Origin: Blepharisma stoltei ATCC 30299
Taxonomy: Eukaryota > Protista > Ciliophora
Reading direction: 5' to 3'
Assembly (NCBI GenBank): GCA_965603825.1
Contig: CBFDEM010000008.1
Location: 1 to 64,000 of the forward strand
DNA length: 64,000 nucleotides
In this document: piece after piece, positions 55,374-64,000 of the stretch
How the letters are laid out: every line of letters starts with the position of its first letter
Numbering within the stretch: the first letter of the stretch is position 1
The notes under the pieces: model-generated
The model's database searches: none
The model's input: the letters and a program-made list of their open reading frames with translations, nothing else
What the model was told of the DNA's origin: nothing
Program-made: the position numbers and the translations under genes

Positions 55374-55514
55374 TTAATCTGATTTTGGCTGAGGATTTCT
55401 CAAAATTAGTTGAGGAGGTTTAAGAATTTGATGGATTGGTGTTACTTGAGATTTCGATTTTTTAATAGGATTTGCAGAATCGCTTTTTGCACGTTTAATT
55501 GGCAGATTTTCCAT
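55374..55514 (-). CDS. 46-aa basic, Pro/Gln-rich microprotein, copy 1 (MENLPIKRAKSDSANPIKKSKSQVTPIHQILKPPQLILRNPQPKSD)
   Basis: Paralogue at 62199-62342 has the same start context (AATAATAAAA.. before ATG) and a 22-aa block identical in protein but differing at 6 synonymous sites. Confidence 0.72.
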   Translation of the reverse strand: MENLPIKRAKSDSANPIKKSKSQVTPIHQILKPPQLILRNPQPKSD

Positions 55515-56489
55515 GATTTTTATTATTCTTGCCTCATTTCTCAATGCTGAAAACATATTCCTATTAAAAAATAATTTAGAATCTGCAATTTTTACTTATG
55601 CTTGTTGCTTCTTTATATAAAGCTAGATGCTGGGCTGTCTTAGGAGCTTTTGTACCAATATTTTAGACTTTATAAATTTGCATAGTCATAGCTCAAGACT
55701 TGGAAATTTAGTTAATTTCAAGCTAATTGAAGTAAGCAAATTTAATACTGATCTTGTTTGTGTATAATCCATAAATTCAAAATCTCTCGAAGTTATGTCA
55801 TTTGTGGAAATAAAATTCAATATAAAATTAAATATAAGTTCATCTGGACAATATCTTTTGATTCTGCATATCATCTAAGCAATTGCTAATTATTTTGAAT
55901 TGTTGCAATGTGTATAATAGCCACTTTTCTCTAAAACTATTTGCCTAGATTTTCAATTTAAAATATTAAATAAGTAAAATTCACAAATTCAGATAAATTT
56001 AATAGCTGGAATAGAGTCAAATAAGAAGTCAGAAGAAAAGCTTCGGCAAAAATGTGTTCAATATAAGATGCTACTGAGTGCTGCAAACAAAATTTAAATT
56101 TTTAAATGATTTTAGTAATAAGCGAAATAATTGCTGATTGAGCTAAAAAAAACAAATTCATTTAAATAGCAGCAATTTAAATTAATAACATATTTTATTT
56201 TACCACACAGATGTATGATTTCATATTTTTCCTAATTCTCAATCAATTCTCTGCAAATATTATAATTTTGGCATTTTTCAATTTTGATGAAAGAAAAACG
56301 ATGAAAATATTTTTTACTCTGGCCGTCAATCAGAAAAGTTATTTTAACTATGACAATGGCCAAGCTAATTAAAATTTCAATAAATTAAGAAATGTTAATG
56401 AAATTATTTCAGCTAAATTTTTTCAATTAAAACGTGCAGTTCATCCTCCCCAACTATATTTTAATATTAAATTTTGCTAAGGGCTTTTT

Positions 56490-56786
56490 AGAATAGCCTT
56501 CCTTCTTCAAGCTGTTTGCCTGCAAAAATTAAGTCTTTGTGATCTGGTGGAATCCTTTATGTCTTTCTTGGGTTTTGGCTTTAACGTTGTACGTGGTGTC
56601 TGAGGATTCATCAAAGGCCAATTATTTTTCCAGTTTAGGTCTTAAAAAAATTGCATGCCTCCTCAAAGTCTGATGATCAAGTGGAGGATTGATTCTTTTT
56701 TAATGCTGTAGTCAGCAAGAGTTCTTTCATCTTCCAATTATTTGCTTCCGAAAATGAGTCTTTGCTGGTTTTGAGGAATTTCTTCC
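56490..56786 (-). pseudogene. Degenerate polyubiquitin fragment (end of one unit fused head-to-tail to most of the next)
   Basis: The minus strand reads [39 protein letters not shown](tga)GG-MQFF.., then frameshifted pieces ..SSDTTYNVKAK.. and ..LIFAGKQLEEGR. Contains stops and indels. Confidence 0.9.
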
Positions 56787-57587
56787 ACGTGTCTTGTTTC
56801 TCCTCTCGTTTTGACCCAGCTTTCAAAATTGCCCGTAAAGAGCAACCTCAATCAGCCTTACCTCTCTCCTGTTGCAATTGCAGCTTCTAGTACCAGAACG
56901 AACAAGCTATAGACATGATTCTTATCTTATCTTTAAGTTTAAAGCGGAAGATTCCGCACTTCTCTCGTTTAAAATCAAAAAATCTAAAACTTCAAACACT
57001 TCAAAAACAACAAAACAACAAAACTCTAACTTCTGTGATAAAAACCTTAATAGAATTTCAGAAACAGCGCCAGCAACATCAGTTGAAGCATCAATGATGA
57101 ACCACCCACTCGATCCTCCGATGTGAGCCACCAAACAATGCAGACTCTACCACACCAAGTCCTCCAGTTCCCACAAACTCCATAAGCTTCATCAAATTTC
57201 CTCAAACTCTCACAAAACTCCTTCAAACTTTTGGCACGAAAATGCGCCCTGCTAAAAATTTAATTATTAGACATGATTCTTAAGCTCATTCCTCTCTTTC
57301 TCTGTTCCTCCTCTCACAATTTTCGAAATGTAGAATTTCAGCGTCTGATCCATTAGCTCGCTTCTTCAAAAACAGGCAGATGCTGAGTTCTTCCATCTAT
57401 ATAGCCATTTATTTCTCTATTGATCAAGGAGTGGAGGTAGATTGCACAATGCGGACTTATTTGAGGAGTATCATTGCGTGTTTAAGAGACAATAGAACCA
57501 TCACTTTTTAAATTAAGCAAATTTACAATTTAAGTTTAGTTCTTCTAATTATTTTTATCTATTTTAGTTGAATTTAAGTAGCTTCAA

Positions 57588-59479
57588 TTAGTTTTCCAAT
57601 CTCATCTTTCCTTCTTTCCAAACGCCTTTGCACGCTTCTCCTTGCTCATTATAAAGTGTTCCTTCTCCATGCTGTTTCCCATTCACCCAATGTCCTTCAT
57701 ATCTCTATCCATTAGTCCAAACAAAAATACCATATCCTTCTTTTTTGTCATCTGCATAATCTCCTTCATAATGTCTTCCATCTGGTCATGCAAACTTTCC
57801 TTTTCCATGCATTTTGCAGGATTTCCATTCCCCTTTATATTTATTTCCATTAGGCCACACGTATTCGCCTATGCCTTCAATTTCGCTATTCACGAGCCCG
57901 CCTTCATAGTGGCTCCCATCAGCCCATACGAATTTTCCTTGTCCATTTCTGGCACCATCTTTGTAGTTTCCTTCGAACTTTGACCCATCTGGCCATTTGT
58001 CAGAGCCAAAACCTTCCTGTTTGCCATTAATCCATTCTCCTTCGTAGATGTGATTATCTACAGAGTATTCCATACGTCCGCTGCCATTCATTTTCCCCTC
58101 AACCCAGTCTCCTAAGTACATATCTCCCACTGAATTGATCCTTCTGCCTTTACCATGAAGTTTTCCAGTTTTTCAACTGCCTTCACAAATTCCTCCATCT
58201 GCACAATACATCATGCCTCTTCCTTCAGGTTGGCCTCTATCGTTCCATTCTCCTACATATAAACTGCCATCTGGCAGCTTTCTTGGACCTCTCCAAGTAA
58301 CCTCAACCAGCTGATCAGCATCAAATTCATAAGGGCCCACTCTTTCATAGACTTCTTTTACCTTAGTGGTTAAGATGTTTGCAGGAACTTCATTTAATTC
58401 TTGATAATTCATTGAAGTTTGAGCTGCTTCTGAAGGATTAAGAGCGATAGCAGGTTCAATTAATGCTATTTTAGGAGAAGATGAAAGCTCTGCAGCTTCT
58501 ACGTTTGCATTTATTATGCTGTTTAAGCGAGCTATTTCTTCTTTAAGCGACTCAATTTCCTGATTTTGGATCATATTTTCTTTTCTGTATTCAGATATTT
58601 TTTTTTTCAAGCAGTTCATTTCTTTCCATTTATTTATCAAGTAGAATTTGGCAAATAGCTGTATAGCAGATATTTGTGGAATTGAAATGCCTAACTTAGA
58701 GTTTTTTCGACTATAAACTCATGAGTTAAGATATCAACTAGTGTTGGCCTTTCTGTTTACTGCTGTTTTAGGCACCAATCAATGAAATTCCTCAGTTCAA
58801 TCGAGTATTCGCTTCTTATTGGCATATGAGGCATATCTTTAATTTTATTCTCATTATCGCCAAAAGGATGCTCAAGGTTGCAGAGATATATAAAATGCAG
58901 CCGACTGCCCAAACATTACTTTCTTTAGCTTGTATTTCTCCACTATGAGTCCTAGGAGACTGGTAACTGGCAACTCCTTGAATTGTATTTGTCGGTAAAG
59001 AGCAACCAAAATCAGCTATTTTAATATCTTTATTTTCGTCTAAAAGGATATTTTGTGGAAGAAGCTCTCGATGAATAAATCCGTTGCAGTGCAAAGACTC
59101 AAGCCCAAAGCAGATCTGGAAAAAATATTTTCAGATTTCGCCTTAGTTCATGGCCTTCAAATTTGTCAAATATAGCTTTAAGAAAATCGCCATTTCCACA
59201 ATAATCTATGACGATGAAGAAAGTATTGTCGCTCACAAAAAAGGAGTCTAAGCGAAGCTTATATGGATTGGCATATAAGAGTATTTGCACCTCAGCTGCA
59301 ATGTCCTTTCAGCTTAACCCTGTGCTAGTTCTGGCTACAGCCTTTATTGCGTGCATTTTTCCGTTGCCTGGATAAAAATTACTCCTCTTTATGGCTCGAT
59401 AGATAGTTCCATAAGCTTCACCATTGAAGTGATCTTTAACTTGAAAAACGTTTGTTAACTCTTCAGGAAACAGTGCCAT
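57588..59479 (-). pseudogene. Ser/Thr kinase (NEK-like), coiled coil and MORN-repeat gene, disrupted
   Basis: ATG 59479. Kinase motifs AIK, IDYCGNGD, IHRELLPQNILL (catalytic D replaced by E), IADFG, VWAVGCILY, HPF and KRPT are spread across at least 3 frameshifts. A heptad-rich stretch follows, then ~9 YxGxWxxG..GxG MORN repeats with an in-frame TAG at 57705-57707. Terminal TAA 57588-57590. Confidence 0.85.
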
Positions 59480-59899
59480 CCTTATTATAGAAATTATGGT
59501 TCTAGCTAATTTACATTTTTCTAGTCTTAGTTTATACAATACTTTATGTTATTTTATTCATACTTTCAATTTGTATCAGTGAACAGATGCAGAGATAGAG
59601 CTTTCTATTATAAAGTAAAATGCGATATGCATTGCTTAGGAAGGTATTATACTTATTAGAGTATTTAATTTTCCTTTGCAAAAGCATAAGGAACTGAATA
59701 TGCTGATCTCAATTGAATATTGAAAAAGATTTCAATTTCAAGTCCAGAAATTAATATATTTCCATTAAAGACCACAATTTTTCAATCAATTTTTGTTATT
59801 GGAATAAATTTATTCACCAATTACATCTAAATCAAAACTTTTAGAAAAGGCTAGAATATTTAAACACTTATTAATAATAATATTAATAAAATTATTTTA

Positions 59900-61355
59900 G
59901 CGCTGCATAGCAGCATTTCTCCCTCTTTTCATCATAACTCTATAGGTAAAAGATTTTATTTCGTTATCTACTCCTTCAAATCCTCCGCATGTTCCCCCTT
60001 CATCCAATAACAAATTTCTCCGCATATAGCACAACCTCATGTAGCATGAATTTTCTTCTGATCACCCACCCCCTCTAGTCCTCCATTTTTCTCTAACCCC
60101 ATAGTTCTTTCATCTTCATGCAAAAAACAATCATTAATCAAATGAATTTCATCCTCATTTATTCAATTACTTTCTCACATTTGGTACTCTGTCTCAAATG
60201 CCTTAAATTCTGTGAATACAACGTTGCATTAAAACCAGCCTTAACTTGAAGATACCCATAATATTTTGTCTTCTATGCGAGTTCAAATATATATATTGGC
60301 TCTCCTCAGTTACATTTTTCCCTTCATTTAATGCCATAAATAATCGTGTCGTTTGTTCTCACTTCGGTTTCATTTCTCCCTCGATACTGACCCCATGCAT
60401 GTGTTCTAATCTTGGATTCAATCTCTCCTGTGGATTCCCTTCAATTCTATTATCTAAGACCGCTAAAATTTACAAGATCAGTCCATCTAGAGCAGGTCCT
60501 TACCCACGTCAGTCCTTTCTGCTTGTTCATTAAATACAAATTACCCAGCATCGTCCCCTTTTTGGCCTCTCCCTCTAGTTTTAGCCGATAGTTTAGGGAT
60601 CTTAAAGCTAGCTGGTGTTCTAAGCCCAGCATACCGCTATCCATATAGAGTTTCTCATTTGCAATCCCCTGTGGCGCACCCAACAGCCATCTCATCTATC
60701 TCCTCTGAACTCTCTTTAATTGCTCCACAAGTTATCTTGCGCCTTCAGTGAAGCAAGTTGCCTCTATTCCATATAGTCCTACTGAGTTAGCGCATGCCTT
60801 CAAGATCATCATCTTTTTCTGCAATTGCAAGTATTTCAAGGGTTGTAGTCTGCCTAGAGTCGATCCCAGCGCCAACTTCATCTTTTTCACTCTCTCCTTT
60901 AAATGCCCAGAACTTCTAATCCTCTTCCCTAGTCATATCCAAGGTGTCTATATCCCTTCACAATGCTGAGCATTTTTCTATTAATCCTAATTTTTAAATT
61001 TCTTTCTGCTTTTCCAAAAACTACTATTTCAGACTTCTCATGATTTATTTCTATTTTGTATTTTTCTGATTACTTTTATGCAACACCAACCAACTCCTTT
61101 AGATTTTCGCATTTTCTGCTATCAAAACAATATCATCAGCATAAAGCAGCACTCCAACTCTTATGCCCTCTCCAATATCTGTACCTAGGCCTAGCTCTTC
61201 AATCTCCCAGGCGAGTTCATTCGGGATAAAATTGAATCATACTGGTGAAGAACAACCACCTTGGATGAGTCAAAGGCCTTTCTGAGATCCATGAATGCGC
61301 AGTACGCTCTTTTATTCTCCCTTTCCCTACTTTCTATGATGGTCCTTAGAATGAA
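59900..61355 (-). mobile_element. Degenerate, 5'-truncated non-LTR (LINE-like) retrotransposon: RT domain plus C-terminal region
   Basis: The minus strand reads FILRTIIE..AYCAFMDLRKAFDS / QGGCSSPVWFN / LLYADDIVLIAE (YADD 61132-61143) / INHEKSEIVVFG / YRHLG / GLYGIEA, then a degenerate EDEIHLINDC knuckle near 60130-60160. Many stops and frameshifts. Boundaries are approximate. Confidence 0.9.
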
Positions 61356-62198
61356 TCAAAACAAACTTAATAATCGATTTTTCCATCAGAGATCTCAAAA
61401 AATACAATCATTGATGTTGAGTTAATTCAGATTTGTCATTGCTCGCTCTTTTGAATCCATCGATTCATAAAATAAAAAGTGCTTGATATATTATCAATTT
61501 ATTATTATTAAAAATCAAAACGTCTAAATAATGCATAATTTCTTAGACTCTTCATGCTTCCTTTTATAATTTAAATAATCACGCTTTTTTTAATAAATAA
61601 TTTCATAGAAATGCCAGATTTTATAGGTTCTTTCATAATAAATTTCTTTAATAATTCTAATACTTAAGATCAACCTTGGGCATTTATTAATTTTTTGTGT
61701 CAGCGCTTCACTTTAATACAAGGCTAGCAGCAGGGCATTGATTGAGACATGGGAAAGGACTGGAGGCTAGAGATGATGAATGGAGGTCTGCTGATGCTAC
61801 GGAGTTCAAGGTGGAGGAAGTTTCAGGAAAAATACTTTTTTCTTCTGCTATATCAGATGAGTTCAAGATAAATTATAAGGCCATAAGCATATCAACCTCT
61901 AGCTTGCCTATCCGGCGTATATAAATTTATAAATTTTGGCCTAGCTTCCTACACATAGCCGCTGGTTAATTTTTATCGAAAAATCCTTTCTCAGATAGGC
62001 AAATCGGTTAGCTTGTCCATGAGTATTCAAGCTCTTAAAAAATTTTTGTTAATTGTATATGCTCACATATTTTTTATATAAAATAGCAAAGTATTTAAGA
62101 ACAAAAATTTTTTTTGTCACTTTCAAATGCAAAAAGCAATTAAGTAATCTTAGACTTCATCCAAGTTAAATCTATATTAAATAACAACATATATAGTA

Positions 62199-62342
62199 TT
62201 AATTATCCAATTTTGGCTGAGGATTTCTCAAAATTAGTTGAGGAGGCTTGAGGATTTGATGAATAGGTGTAACTTGATTTTTTGCTCTTTTAACAGCATT
62301 GCCAGACTCATTCTTTCCGCGCTTAACAGGCAAGTTATCCAT
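62199..62342 (-). CDS. 47-aa microprotein, copy 2 (MDNLPVKRGKNESGNAVKRAKNQVTPIHQILKPPQLILRNPQPKLDN)
   Basis: Below the ORF-track cutoff. An in-frame TAG 5 codons upstream fixes the start. Differs from copy 1 by conservative and synonymous changes. Confidence 0.72.
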   Translation of the reverse strand: MDNLPVKRGKNESGNAVKRAKNQVTPIHQILKPPQLILRNPQPKLDN

Positions 62343-62810
62343 AGTTTTATTATTCTAGGCCTATTATTTAATTAGCACAATCTCTTGATATGTCCAAATA
62401 ATCAGCTTTATCCTCGATTGCATTGCTTCTTCCTATGAGCTTTACTATTACAGTTTTTATGATTTTTCTATGCTAATAGCTCTTCAAATATCATTTGTTT
62501 GCACAATCTGATTTAAGATTCTATAAATTTTTTATCCTTAAAATTATTTGCATTAATTATTTTTACTTACTGCAAGCTACCTATAATTTTATTATTCTAA
62601 GTCTATTACTTAATAAACGCAATCTCTTGCAATATGTCCGAATAATTGACAGATTTGGCATCTCTGTCCACGAGTGCATTGCTTCTTCATATGTAGCTTG
62701 CTGTTGCAGTTTTCGCATGATTTTTCTACCCTAACACCTCTTCCAATATTCCCAGTTTCTCCAATATGGCTTAAAGTCTTATAAATTTCTATTAAAATAT
62801 GTGCATCTAA
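62320..62810. repeat. Old ~242-bp tandem duplication spanning the microprotein start and the exonuclease 3' end
   Basis: 62341-62555 aligns with 62581-62808, e.g. TTATTATTCTAGGCCTATTATTTAATTAGCACAATCTCTTG vs TTATTATTCTAAGTCTATTACTTAATAAACGCAATCTCTTG. CATTGCTTCTTC and ATGATTTTTCTA occur in both. Confidence 0.8.
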
Positions 62811-64000
62811 GGCAGCATAATGCATTTGTGATAATTTCAAAGGTCTTCTTTCCCAATTCGACATTTGTTCTCCTTTACATAAGCTTCTCCCTAAAACTAG
62901 CTCACATAGCCCTGCTAATCCTCCAGCACTTTCTCCATAAATATTCATATAAAGATCAAGCAGCTCTACATAAGGTCTAAATTCTACTTTAAAACTTGTC
63001 AAATTTGGGTAGCTTTTCAGAACATTTTTAATGTCCCCTGAAAAGCTGATCCCTAATTTCACAATTTCTTCATTTAAAAATAATTCCTCCAGCTTAGCAT
63101 TCAGCAATTCACTTGTATTCAGCTTAATCATATCAATTAAATACACAACATCTTCAAAAGCGATTTGTAATAAGGCGACTTTATTTTCAGAAAACTTTAC
63201 CATTGAAGGCTTCCATTCACAGTCCAAGCCTACAAATCTTCCGGCCCATACTAATTCTTGGACTTGATCTTCATTTTCAATGAATTTTATTTGTTCTTGA
63301 GGTAAATTAATAGAAATGCTGAATTCAGGCTGCAATGGTCCAAACCTATCTGAGCTATTTTTTGCTCTGGGAGGAATTTTCCTCAGTCTTTCTACAGTTT
63401 CTGGCCTTATTTGGCTTGCAACTCCAGGATAGCATAGGAATAATTCTGCAGCGAGTGGGCCCATCCACTCGATATTTTTTTTCATAAATTTGAATTCTAA
63501 ATCTTCAATTAAAATTGATAATAATTCTAAATCATTGGAAACTATATCAGCCAAATTATAAACACCAATTTCTCCTGACTGAATGTGATATCTCATAGCA
63601 ACTTTTTTCAGTCTGCTCATCATATCAGGAAACTCAGTCGGATCCATGCCTGCTTTTTGTACTAATTTTCCGGCATATTTTATATGTTTGTTTGTGCACA
63701 TCAATTCAACAGCTTGTCTAACTAAATCATGGTCAGTTCCAACTAAAATGTTTATTAGCTCGATATCACTCTTTTGGACTAAGGTAGGGATTGCTTTTTC
63801 TATTTGATCAAGTTCTCTCTATATAGAATTTACGGAAATTCCTAATTCACGGCTCATTTTTACAGCTTTTTGGAAATTTTTTTGTTTCCATAGCTGACTG
63901 GCATAACTTATCAGTCTAATTTTGAGTTACTCTTCTTTTTGAACAGAAACGCTAGAAATTTCAAATAAAAGTGATAAGCACTCGGGGTCAAATTCTCGCC
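62610..64000 (-). CDS. Mut-7/EXD3/Nibbler-like DEDDy 3'-5' exonuclease with two C-terminal CCHC zinc knuckles (5' end lies outside the window; introns 63819-63833 and 63916-63930)
   Basis: ExoI VGLDCEWKP, VALLQIA, ExoII GISFSGD, EQMSNWERRPL, ExoIII YAALDA. CENCNSKLHMKKQC and CQICQLFGHIARDC fit CX2CX4HX4C. The frame stays open to the window edge after removing two introns. Confidence 0.9.
63819..63833 (-). other. 15-nt intron GTAAATTCTATATAG
   Basis: In-frame TAG, A at position 10. Removal joins ..ELGIS|RELDQ.. Confidence 0.88.
63916..63930 (-). other. 15-nt intron GTAACTCAAAATTAG (phase 2)
   Basis: Retention gives an in-frame TAA. A at position 10. Removal joins ..VQKE|ELISY.. Confidence 0.85.

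Noticed and set aside
55515-55874. 14-aa N-terminal extension of microprotein copy 1 (to 55556) and ORF 55686-55874
   Set aside because: The extension is not conserved in copy 2, which has an upstream in-frame TAG. The other ORF has no supporting feature.
61690-62040. GC-richer patch with a 60-aa ORF (61742-61924)
   Set aside because: Non-ATG start and no recognisable homology. Possibly a decayed coding fragment, but not supportable.
1-64000. CRISPR array, rRNA or tRNA genes
   Set aside because: None seen. The only long short-unit array is the telomere, which has no spacers.

Overview
This is the left end of a ciliate macronuclear (somatic) chromosome, very probably a heterotrich of the genus Blepharisma. 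The evidence is a (CCCTAACA)n telomere, TGA read as Trp (it swaps with TGG between paralogues), and 15-nt GTA..A(10)..YAG introns. The supplied ORF track uses the wrong genetic code and fragments the genes. Re-read with UGA=Trp and the tiny introns removed, 2.2-55.3 kb is a subtelomeric array of eight members of one family of ~2300-2400 aa predicted surface receptors. Their layout is: signal peptide, 6-9 LNR (Lin12/Notch)-type Cys repeats, a long Pmp-like GGA[IV]/FxxN right-handed beta-helix, an RxL linker, a beta-rich/Cys-rich stalk, ~9 TM helices and a short tail. Four members look intact (10313, 17725, 41058, 48181). Two carry a single frameshift (2904, 33392), one is a multiply broken inverted pseudogene (25049-32162), and one is cut by telomere addition inside its CDS (2157-2582). 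The three youngest copies are recombination mosaics with a hypervariable N-terminal block. The distal 9 kb holds two paralogous 46/47-aa microprotein genes under purifying selection, a polyubiquitin pseudogene, a kinase-coiled-coil-MORN pseudogene, a non-LTR retrotransposon relic, and the 3' part of a Mut-7/EXD3-like exonuclease with two CCHC knuckles. All alignments were done by eye; no searches were run.
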